The position numbers were made by a program, and so were the translations under genes. A DNA stretch of 39,715 nt from contig CAZCHB010000001.1 in the NCBI GenBank assembly GCA_964498235.1, positions 1-39,715 on the forward strand, in the 5' to 3' direction. Positions 17,208 through 24,840 of this stretch are shown here, one piece after another. The notes beneath the pieces are model-generated. The model was not told the DNA's origin. It saw only the letters and a program-made list of their open reading frames with translations, and did no database searches. This stretch comes from an uncultured Planctomycetales bacterium. GTDB taxonomy: Bacteria; Omnitrophota; Gorgyraeia; Zapsychrales; Fredricksoniimonadaceae. Each line of letters begins with the position of its first letter. Position 1 is the first letter of the stretch.

Positions 17208-18617
17208 CTAATTCTCCTCGGAAACACACTTAACATTAATGCTCAAAATTTGGTCCGCTTCGTTTTTAACCCCCAGCGTACTGATTGCAGCACACCCTGA
17301 TTTTAGATTGTCCGCTGTTTCATAAACATTTGGAATTAATAGTGTTACAATCCTAATGTGACTATTAAAAGCGATTTGCCCTTTAAATAACATTAATTGA
17401 GACCACTGATCGTCGCTTAAAAGCCTTGGAAAACAAGACTGCGCCTGCAGCTTTAGGAAATCAATATAATTATTGACCGGTCCCTCGGGACTTTCCGCCA
17501 TAGATAAGGGCCCGTTAAAAGGATGCTGTTTAAAAAATTCGCGCACAATTTCCCCGTCGCTAATCGACTCAGAAAAATTGCTAATGAGAACCTTATAGGG
17601 CTCATTATTCTCTGCGCATAAAATCACTGCGCGGCATTTCATGTTAGCTAACAAGATTTCTTTAGCAAAAAATCTCAGCGGCGCCTCTTGGCCGTAAGCG
17701 TCAACTATTAACATTTCTTTGTTTGAAATATTCATAAATTCTTTTATATCAACTACTTGTGTTCCTATCCCAACAATAAACTGCTTTTTGGGCGCACCTT
17801 CTAAAGGAAAACTGACAAACGCTTCTCCCTCTTTATCCAAAAGATCTATTTTAACAATGCCTTTCCCCGGCCGCCCTTGACACGATAAGAAAAAGTCAAA
17901 AAAGAAGGCCTCAAGCGATTCTCCTGCAACCTCTTTTATTACAATAGGTTGTAAATTGTTTACAAAAAGATTAGCCGCTGCTGTCAGCGCCCTCTCCAGC
18001 GGGGCCGGCCAATTTTTGCCCTCTTTCGCCTGAAGCCCTTGCAAGCGGCTATCCACACAAAAAGAGCTCCCATCTTCTAATAAAAATCTATAACCATAAA
18101 TCACCAAAGACCTATAAAGCAGTTCTTCCTTTAAACTATTGAAATCAAATGATTTAAAATCTTCTAGCGAGCTCATCCCCCGCCATGGTTTGGGAAAAAA
18201 ATCGTAATGCACGGCTTTTAAAATATACTCTCCCGCCCCTTGCTGAATCCCAGCATCTGTTAGCGCCATTAGCGGTTCATGATTAACTGTTTTAACTGCC
18301 GTTGGCAGCTCAATTTTTTCGTGCTTAACGAAAACAGGAGAGGGGCTTGCTTCTTCCAATGGCTTTACGCGCGGTTGAACAAATAACTGCGCCTTCTTTT
18401 CATAAGGAATTTGAAATTTTTCTTTTTGTTTACGGCCGCGGGGACTGCCAATTTTAGCTTCAATTAATACTTCATTGATAGATGATTTTGACACTTGGCG
18501 TTCGAATTGTGTTTGAATTTGATGCGCTAATTCCCGACAGGATAATTGGGGCAATTCACGCTTTTGCGTTAAAATAAAATGGACAATCTCTTCTGTCAGC
18601 TTATATTTAACGCCCAC
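17208..18617 (-). CDS. Unknown protein with an N-terminal helix-turn-helix-like domain, embedded in the Tad operon
   Basis: The 469-aa ORF has a GTG start. Residues 1-60 (KLTEEIVHFILTQKRELPQLSCRELAHQIQTQFERQVSKSSINEVLIEAKIGSPRGRKQ) look like a small HTH domain. I recognise no family in the rest. A palindrome copy lies 19-37 nt upstream of the start. Confidence 0.5.
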   Translation of the reverse strand: MGVKYKLTEEIVHFILTQKRELPQLSCRELAHQIQTQFERQVSKSSINEVLIEAKIGSPRGRKQKEKFQIPYEKKAQLFVQPRVKPLEEASPSPVFVKHEKIELPTAVKTVNHEPLMALTDAGIQQGAGEYILKAVHYDFFPKPWRGMSSLEDFKSFDFNSLKEELLYRSLVIYGYRFLLEDGSSFCVDSRLQGLQAKEGKNWPAPLERALTAAANLFVNNLQPIVIKEVAGESLEAFFFDFFLSCQGRPGKGIVKIDLLDKEGEAFVSFPLEGAPKKQFIVGIGTQVVDIKEFMNISNKEMLIVDAYGQEAPLRFFAKEILLANMKCRAVILCAENNEPYKVLISNFSESISDGEIVREFFKQHPFNGPLSMAESPEGPVNNYIDFLKLQAQSCFPRLLSDDQWSQLMLFKGQIAFNSHIRIVTLLIPNVYETADNLKSGCAAISTLGVKNEADQILSINVKCVSEEN

Positions 18618-18635
18618 CCTATATTTCCCCTAAAC

Positions 18636-18654
18636 AATGTCCAGACTGGACATT
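18636..18654. repeat. Palindrome copy E (AATGTCCAGACTGGACATT, perfect 9-1-9) between DUF192 and the HTH gene
   Basis: The core at 18638-18652 is exact. A left half-site TTGTCC at 18658-18663 implies a second centre about 21 bp away, the same geometry as copies C and D. Confidence 0.9.
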
Positions 18655-18664
18655 TAATTGTCCG

Positions 18665-19003
18665 TCACCAGCTGATTTGATCGCCGACGGCTGTACTGGT
18701 GCGTTCAATTGTACCAGCAGGAAGTTCAATGGCGCAAGCAGATTTCCAGAAAATAGGAGAGAGGTTAAAAGGCCTCAGGTTAGGGCAAAGGCCGACAACA
18801 ATGTTAACTTTATCGACAAAAATAACATCAATGGAAAAGCGCATAAAAAACATATGGACTGATTGGCAAGGCCTGATAATCAATCCCTCGCCTTGTTTTA
18901 ACGCATGCCTGCCAAGCAATCCTTTCATGCGCGCCAAAGACGTGTCAGCGAACACTGCGCTGTCCGCCAATTCACAATGACGTGTATTATTAAGGATTTT
19001 CAA
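18665..19003 (-). CDS. DUF192 (COG1430) family protein
   Basis: The 112-aa protein matches the DUF192 pattern (ADTSLARMKGLLGRHALKQGEGLIIRPCQSVHMFFMRFSIDVIFVD...AIELPAGT). It overlaps the ATPase gene by 14 nt. Confidence 0.6.
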   Translation of the reverse strand: MKILNNTRHCELADSAVFADTSLARMKGLLGRHALKQGEGLIIRPCQSVHMFFMRFSIDVIFVDKVNIVVGLCPNLRPFNLSPIFWKSACAIELPAGTIERTSTAVGDQISW

Positions 19004-21161
19004 TTTTTTTAAATATAGCCTCGCTAAGCGGGATGCCGCGGGTCAGAAAATCGTCAAATGCTTTCGGAATATATCCCGTCGGTATATACTCACCTAAAAC
19101 AACCCCTTCAGGATTGATGCCCTTTTGTTTGAAAACAAAAATATCTTTCATCTCCGGCATCCCTTCGTTCATCTGACCGGTTAACTCTGTAATGGCCGTT
19201 ATTTTGCGGGATCCGTCAGAAAAACGGTTAATCTGGACAATAATATTTATTGCGGATGCGGACATTTCATAAATAGCACGAATAGGCAGTTCAATGCCGG
19301 ACAATAGCACCATTGAGCTTAGGCGCGCCAGAACGTCCCGCGGTGTATTCGCATGCAAGGTTGTCAACGACCCGTCGTGACCCGTGTTCATCGCCTGGAG
19401 CATGTCAAGCACCTCAGGCCCGCGGCACTCACCAATAATAATCCGATCAGGACGCATACGCAGCGTGTTAATAAATAGGTCGCGGATAGAGATACGGCCC
19501 TTGCCTTCAATATTGGGCGGGCGTGATTCTAAGCGAGCCCAATGGCTTTTAGATAATCGCAATTCTGCGGCATCTTCAATGGTGATGATGCGCTCGTTAT
19601 CCGGAATAAACTGGGAAACAATGTTAAGCAGAGTTGTCTTCCCGGCCCCGGTGCCGCCGGAAACTATAATATTTTTACGCCCAATGACGCACGCATTTAA
19701 AAAATCCGCCATGGGTTGGGAAATGCTGTGGAACTTTGTTAACAAATCATCAATGGTGTAACGTTCGCTGGAAAATTTCCGAATCGTTATCATCGGGCCG
19801 TTTAAAGACAACGGCGGAATGATGGCGTTAATACGGCTTCCGTCGGGTAAACGGGCATCCACCATCGGGGTTGACTCGTCAACCCGCCGGCCGAGGGGGG
19901 CAATAATACGGTCAATGGTCGCCCTTACCTGATCATTTGAAATAAAACGTTTGTTTGTCAGGATTAATTTTCCGCGTTTCTCAACAAATATCTCGTCCTT
20001 GCTGTTGACCATGATATCGTTAATTTCAGGATCCGCTAAGAAATCTTCCAACGCCCCAAGGCCCAGAGCTTCATTAACAATCTCGCGCACAAGACGGGAA
20101 CGCTCTTCCTGCGACGAGAGAAACGCGCCGGAAGCCTCTGCTAACAGGTCGGTAATTATTTTTTCCGCCGCTTTGCGGATATTGGCCGACTGCGCCGGGT
20201 CCGTCAGCGCTTCCGGTGATATTTTCTGCAGATTCATCCGCTCAACTAAACGCAAGTGAATAGCTTTCTTTAACTTAACAACTTCATCTTCTTCTTTATT
20301 AAACCCTAAATTCTTTGCCGTTCCTGAATTCGGCGCGATACCAAACTTTTGCCAGAATTCATTTCCTTTTTTAGATGTTTCATCGGCGCTTCGAACCTTG
20401 ATCACATCCGATCCCTGCACAAAAATATCTTCACTTTGAAGCCGTTCCGCGATTTCAAAAAATACTTCTGCCACCTTCATTTTTGGACTATCTATCACGC
20501 AAGGAACTCCGCGGTTTAACGCCATGCCTACTGTTTTCCCGTCGGAAGGAATCAGGGTAAAAATATCGCAAGCAATCGCCGTCTTAACCTCCTGCCATGC
20601 GACACCGCCGCGGCTTTCTGCCCTATTAAGGATCAGCTTAATCATTTTAAGCGGATAATGAAGGCTTTGAATAATTTCCAAGGATGTTTTCGCTTGATAA
20701 ACGGCTAAAATATCAGGTGTCGCCACTAGAAAAATAAGGTTGGCCGAATCAAAAATGCTGATCAAAATTTCGCTGAAGATGTTTCCAGCGTCAATGATGA
20801 TAAAATCGTAAAGTTGGGATGATTTTTTAAAAAATGGGCGGATATTGTCCGCAGTAATGTGGCCAGCCTGCCGTAAATGGTTAACCCCTGGAAGGAAATC
20901 CAACCCGCTGACATGGCGGGTCACATATTTATTAATAATGTCCGGCTTATCATTTTTATCAATCTCTGATAGAAGATCGACGAGAGAATAAGCCGTTGAC
21001 AAATTAAGCATGCGCGCCATGTCCTGGCTCGCGTGCAAGTCCATGTCAACTAAAAGGACGCGGCGGCCTTTAATGGCCAGAGCGGCCGCCGTATTAACAC
21101 TGGCAAACGTCTTGCCGACCCCGCCTTTATTTGAAAAAAATGTGATTGTTTTTGAAGACAT
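18990..21161 (-). CDS. tadA: Fusion protein: an N-terminal ParA/MinD-type (TadZ/CpaE-like) ATPase domain joined to a C-terminal CpaF/TadA secretion ATPase
   Basis: The 723-aa protein has a deviant Walker A (FFSNKGGVGKTFASVNTAAAL...VLLVDMDL) in the first 250 aa or so. From about aa 330 it has CpaF-type motifs: GGTGAGKTTLLN (Walker A), RIIIGECRGPEVLDMLQAMNTGHDGSLTTLHAN. Confidence 0.85.
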   Translation of the reverse strand: MSSKTITFFSNKGGVGKTFASVNTAAALAIKGRRVLLVDMDLHASQDMARMLNLSTAYSLVDLLSEIDKNDKPDIINKYVTRHVSGLDFLPGVNHLRQAGHITADNIRPFFKKSSQLYDFIIIDAGNIFSEILISIFDSANLIFLVATPDILAVYQAKTSLEIIQSLHYPLKMIKLILNRAESRGGVAWQEVKTAIACDIFTLIPSDGKTVGMALNRGVPCVIDSPKMKVAEVFFEIAERLQSEDIFVQGSDVIKVRSADETSKKGNEFWQKFGIAPNSGTAKNLGFNKEEDEVVKLKKAIHLRLVERMNLQKISPEALTDPAQSANIRKAAEKIITDLLAEASGAFLSSQEERSRLVREIVNEALGLGALEDFLADPEINDIMVNSKDEIFVEKRGKLILTNKRFISNDQVRATIDRIIAPLGRRVDESTPMVDARLPDGSRINAIIPPLSLNGPMITIRKFSSERYTIDDLLTKFHSISQPMADFLNACVIGRKNIIVSGGTGAGKTTLLNIVSQFIPDNERIITIEDAAELRLSKSHWARLESRPPNIEGKGRISIRDLFINTLRMRPDRIIIGECRGPEVLDMLQAMNTGHDGSLTTLHANTPRDVLARLSSMVLLSGIELPIRAIYEMSASAINIIVQINRFSDGSRKITAITELTGQMNEGMPEMKDIFVFKQKGINPEGVVLGEYIPTGYIPKAFDDFLTRGIPLSEAIFKKIENP

Positions 21162-21164
21162 ATT

Positions 21165-21211
21165 AAAAAAACCATGGTATCAATAATTAATTATTCTACC
21201 ATGGTTTTTTT
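21165..21211. terminator. 47-bp near-perfect palindrome or bidirectional terminator-like hairpin between the secretin and ATPase genes
   Basis: The sequence is AAAAAAACCATGGTA-tc-AATAATTAATTATT-c-TACCATGGTTTTTTT. The outer stem is flanked by an A-run and a T-run, and the inner 14 bp are themselves palindromic. It ends 4 nt before the ATPase start codon. Confidence 0.4.
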
Positions 21212-21229
21212 ATTTGTCATTAAAGGAGT

Positions 21230-22948
21230 TTAATAAGTAACTTGGGCGGATCCTGTATTCACCCTTTCTCCCTGCTTATAGATAACCGGGAAACAAATTG
21301 AGATAAAATCTCCAGTCATGTCTGCTGGAAATGGCTCAAAAGGCGCGGAAATCTTTACCGCGTTTAATGCGTCTTCATCTAAAATCGAATGCCCTGAAGA
21401 TTTCTCGGCAAGGACATTTGTCAATGATCCGTCTTTTAGAATATGAAGCCTCACCTTGACGGTCCCCTGCTGATTGTTTTTAGCCGCTTCATCAGGATAT
21501 GTAATGTGCTGTGATACCTTCATTTGAACAGCTCGCACATAATCCGCATCCGCGAAAGCTTCTTGAGGACTAACAGCTTCTGCCTTAGTCTCAACTGGCT
21601 GCGGCGCGGGTGCCGTTGGAGCTGGCGTTGAGTCAGCGCCAGGGATAGGTTCAAACTCGACTTCATTAATCGTATCCATTTCTTTGGTAAAGGCTTTGGC
21701 TTTTTCGGAAGGCATCTTTACCTGCTCCGTGGCAAATTGTTTTGAACGCATGATGGTTGGCGTTAATGTGATGACCAATTCCTTGCCTTCATCGGGAGCC
21801 TGCTTTGACGTGTTTCTAAATAACAGCCCAACAACTGGAATTTTACTAAAGAACGGCACCCGTCTATTTTGTTCACTATCGTTGTAGCGGATAAGGCCGG
21901 CAAATACAACCGTCTGCCTGTCATCAAGCAATAATTGTGTTTGAGCCGAGCGGGTTTTATATGCAATGTCGCTTGTCTTAGTGGCTTGGATGGTAAATGT
22001 CTTATCCACGTCACTGACCTGAAGATTCATGACAACGTCGATTTTTCCTTCTTTAATCGTCGGTGTAACTGTCAAGGTGACGCCATACTGCTTGAATGTC
22101 GTGCTGGCTGTTTGAACCCCGCTTCCCTGCGAAGACGTAATGGACTGAATGGGAACTTCTCCGCCGACGTTAATCGTTGCCTCTTTACCGCTGCTGACAA
22201 GGATGCGCGGCCTGGAAAGATCACGAGCCTTGCCTTCCCGGATCATCAAATTAACCGTGTTAACAATAGCGGTGGTCCTGTTAAATTTACCAAATTTAAA
22301 CCAATCTTTCGCGCCGCCAGTCGGCAGGCCGGATTCTTGGTAATCTAAATTTAATGAGCTTCCAACGGCTCCACCTTGCCAATCAATCCCCAAATTTTTA
22401 TCCAAGGTAGTGCCTAATTCCGTGATCTGCATATCAATTTGTATTAAGTCCTTGCTAACTTCTTCTTTAGACAAATTAATAATCTGTTCGCTGTATGGTT
22501 CGAGTATTTTGTCTAAAAGGCTTTTCTTCTCCTTTAGATATCCGCCCGATACAATTATTCTTCCTTCGCCTGCGTTCGCTTCTAAATTGATCCCGTTAAT
22601 TTCCGCCTCCGTTAACAAATGACGGATGCGCTCCTGCATGGCTTTTAAGTCTTCGCTGGTGACGCGCACATTGATCGAATGTTTACCTTCTTCATCCCAC
22701 AAGAAAACAGATGTCTGTCCGGGCTTTTTTGCTAATATAGATACAACGCCTTCTTTGGCGTCAGCTACATCCGCGATATCTGGTGTGGTCACTGAAACGC
22801 GGGAAAGATTCTTAACTTCTACGTTTTGCAAATCGCCTATAACCATGTTCATGTCCGCCGTCGTATCTGAAAAAACCGGCACCGGAGGAACAACCAACGA
22901 TAAGATAAGAAACAAAGATAGGGTTACGGCTTTATTGTTATTCTTCAT
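21230..22948 (-). CDS. cpaC: CpaC/RcpA-type secretin with a C-terminal TonB_C-like domain
   Basis: The 572-aa protein has a signal peptide (VTLSLFLILSLVVPPVPVFSD) and a secretin core (RRVPFFSKIPVVGLLFRNTSK). A Pro-rich linker (PGADSTPAPTAPAPQPVETK) precedes ITYPDEAAKNNQQGTVKVRLHILKDGSLTNVLAEKSSGHSILDEDALNAVKISAPFEPFP, which matches the TonB C-terminal pattern YP..A....G.V.V.F.I..dG.V....V..SSG...LD.aAl.AV....F.P. Confidence 0.8.
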   Translation of the reverse strand: MKNNNKAVTLSLFLILSLVVPPVPVFSDTTADMNMVIGDLQNVEVKNLSRVSVTTPDIADVADAKEGVVSILAKKPGQTSVFLWDEEGKHSINVRVTSEDLKAMQERIRHLLTEAEINGINLEANAGEGRIIVSGGYLKEKKSLLDKILEPYSEQIINLSKEEVSKDLIQIDMQITELGTTLDKNLGIDWQGGAVGSSLNLDYQESGLPTGGAKDWFKFGKFNRTTAIVNTVNLMIREGKARDLSRPRILVSSGKEATINVGGEVPIQSITSSQGSGVQTASTTFKQYGVTLTVTPTIKEGKIDVVMNLQVSDVDKTFTIQATKTSDIAYKTRSAQTQLLLDDRQTVVFAGLIRYNDSEQNRRVPFFSKIPVVGLLFRNTSKQAPDEGKELVITLTPTIMRSKQFATEQVKMPSEKAKAFTKEMDTINEVEFEPIPGADSTPAPTAPAPQPVETKAEAVSPQEAFADADYVRAVQMKVSQHITYPDEAAKNNQQGTVKVRLHILKDGSLTNVLAEKSSGHSILDEDALNAVKISAPFEPFPADMTGDFISICFPVIYKQGERVNTGSAQVTY

Positions 22949-22950
22949 AC

Positions 22951-23802
22951 TTAAAGCTCCTTACCGCCTCTAAAAATTTGAATGCTTGGTTTTATGGGGC
23001 TATCTTCTTCTTCCTTAAAATCTCCCTTTAGTTCAGGAGGAATTTCAATATCTGCTCCCTGATTTTGCAGGACATAATCTGCCAACGCTTTCCATGTCGA
23101 TGATTTTACCATCTGATGTTCTGAATCTTGAGGGGAACGCAAGGCCATCTCCAGCTTTCCATTCTTGTCAGCAAATGACAGCAGACCCGCCTCTTGCGGA
23201 TCAACAGCAATCGTGACCTTAAGAGAAGGGGTATTTTGCTGTTCATCGTAATACGCGCCGGTTTCTTCCAAATTCGTATTTACCGCCAAAACCTCGAGGC
23301 CTTGAAAAACCATGGCTGTTACAGTATTCTTAGCCTTATCGTCCAAAACAGGTATTTTTAATTGCGCGATAATATCCACGAAATCGCCAGGATTCAAAAG
23401 ACCGCCGACCGCATTTAATGAATCAATCATGACCGTTACGGCGCGTTTACCAGTTGGTGTTTTAACGGCAAGGGAGGGTTTAATTTTCTTGACGGGGACA
23501 GCGGCCTGCTGTTGTCTTTGTTGTTCCTGTATTTTAGCCTGCAAATCGGCGATTTGCCGCTGAGTTGCTTCCGCTTGCTCCGTTTTTGCGCGCTGGATTT
23601 CCTGCGCCAACGCGTTCATTTTTTGTTCGCTTTGCTGTTGGAGTGATGAGATTACTTCTTTTTGTTTTGTTTCATAACTTTCCTGCAGCTCTTGGGTCTG
23701 ACGTTGAATAGTCCCTGTCACATAACTGCTTGTCATCACCGTGGCAACAATACCGACAATCACCGCGATGACTATTAATAACAATTGTTTCTTGTTTTCC
23801 AT
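22951..23802 (-). CDS. cpaB: CpaB/RcpC-like pilus assembly protein with a Gln-rich coiled-coil insert
   Basis: The 283-aa protein has an N-terminal TM segment (LLLIVIAVIVGIVATVMT) and roughly 90 aa of Q/E-rich predicted coiled coil. A CpaB C-terminal-type segment follows (GKRAVTVMIDSLNAVGGLLNPGDFVDIIAQL...GLEVLAVN...ALRSPQD). Confidence 0.65.
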   Translation of the reverse strand: MENKKQLLLIVIAVIVGIVATVMTSSYVTGTIQRQTQELQESYETKQKEVISSLQQQSEQKMNALAQEIQRAKTEQAEATQRQIADLQAKIQEQQRQQQAAVPVKKIKPSLAVKTPTGKRAVTVMIDSLNAVGGLLNPGDFVDIIAQLKIPVLDDKAKNTVTAMVFQGLEVLAVNTNLEETGAYYDEQQNTPSLKVTIAVDPQEAGLLSFADKNGKLEMALRSPQDSEHQMVKSSTWKALADYVLQNQGADIEIPPELKGDFKEEEDSPIKPSIQIFRGGKEL

Positions 23803-23831
23803 GATTTAATTCCTCCGCATGCCCCAAGAAC

Positions 23832-24767
23832 CTATTTTTCAGGCTTAGAGCCGATCAGGTCCTTATTGACATTCACCTTTATTTTTGACGCTATTTGTTC
23901 AATGTGCGCCAGAACCGCTTCTTGTTGTTTGCGTAGCGTTAATCCGGCAATTAAATCTTTCTTAATTAATTCGTATGGCTTTGCACTGCCGCCCTTCTTC
24001 TCATCAACCTTAACAACATAAAAACCATCAGGGCCCTTAAATACCGGACTGGTGCCTCCAGCATCAAGCGCAGAAATGGCTGTTTGCATCGCGCTAAATG
24101 GGGCCTTCTTAAACACTGGCAATAAGCCGCCTTCCTGGGCTGTTTTTCCTTTAGATTGAGCCTTAGCAATCTCGGCAAAATCCCCGCCTTGCAAAACTTG
24201 CACTAAAATATTTTTAGCTGCGGCTTCGTCGGCTGTGACAATCTCTCTAACCTTCCACTCAACCGGATCAACAAAAACAGCCTTCTTTTGGTCATAGAAC
24301 TCTTTAGCATCTTTTTCAGTCGCAATAATATCTTTAGTTAAGCGGCTTGCTAATTCCTGCACCAATAACGTGCGGCGGAAATCATCAACAGCCTCGACAA
24401 TTTCTTTTTGGGCACCAATTCCAGCATCTTCAGCGTCTTTAACTAATAACTGCTGACGGATCAATTCATCTAAAACTGCTTCTTTATTACCCGGCTTATT
24501 TTCATCAAAATCAGGCATCCCTTCCTTAAGAAGCTTGAGGCGCTGATTAAATTGTTCCTCTGTCAATGTCCAAGAGCCAACCCTGACAATCACATTTGGC
24601 GGCAAGGCCTCTTGATCTTGGTTATTGGCCGGCGCGCTTTCAACTGCCGCGGCCGGGCTTTTTTTAACTTCTTTTTTAGGAGGATTGATCAAGTCGCATC
24701 CGCTTAAGTATAACACAAAAATAGCGGCTGCTGCGCTTACGGACAAAACTTGAACTTGCTGCATCAT
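23832..24767 (-). CDS. Parvulin-type peptidyl-prolyl isomerase lipoprotein (SurA/PrsA-like)
   Basis: The 311-aa protein has a lipobox (LYLSGC) and a parvulin domain (GGDFAEIAKAQSKGKTAQEGGLLPVFKKAPFSAMQTAISALDAGGTSPVFKGPDGFYVVKV). An AAGGAG RBS lies upstream. Confidence 0.75.
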   Translation of the reverse strand: MMQQVQVLSVSAAAAIFVLYLSGCDLINPPKKEVKKSPAAAVESAPANNQDQEALPPNVIVRVGSWTLTEEQFNQRLKLLKEGMPDFDENKPGNKEAVLDELIRQQLLVKDAEDAGIGAQKEIVEAVDDFRRTLLVQELASRLTKDIIATEKDAKEFYDQKKAVFVDPVEWKVREIVTADEAAAKNILVQVLQGGDFAEIAKAQSKGKTAQEGGLLPVFKKAPFSAMQTAISALDAGGTSPVFKGPDGFYVVKVDEKKGGSAKPYELIKKDLIAGLTLRKQQEAVLAHIEQIASKIKVNVNKDLIGSKPEK

Positions 24768-24798
24768 ATAAGTCTCCTTAAAGTCTTTTATTGGGTAA

Positions 24799-24827
24799 AG
24801 TATACCCGTTAATTAACCAATATGCAA
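24799..24827 (-). promoter_or_regulatory. Candidate sigma70-type promoter (TTGCAT-17 nt-TATACT on the minus strand) ahead of the PPIase/Tad gene string
   Basis: On the plus strand, AGTATA at 24799-24804 and ATGCAA at 24822-24827 are separated by a 17-nt spacer. Confidence 0.35.
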
Positions 24828-24840
24828 ATTAGCGGCTAAA

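Noticed and set aside
17208-18617. The 469-aa HTH protein could be a transposase or insertion sequence interrupting the Tad operon.
   Set aside because: There are no terminal inverted repeats, no target duplications and no DDE-like motif that I could recognise. The gene is co-oriented and tightly packed with the operon.
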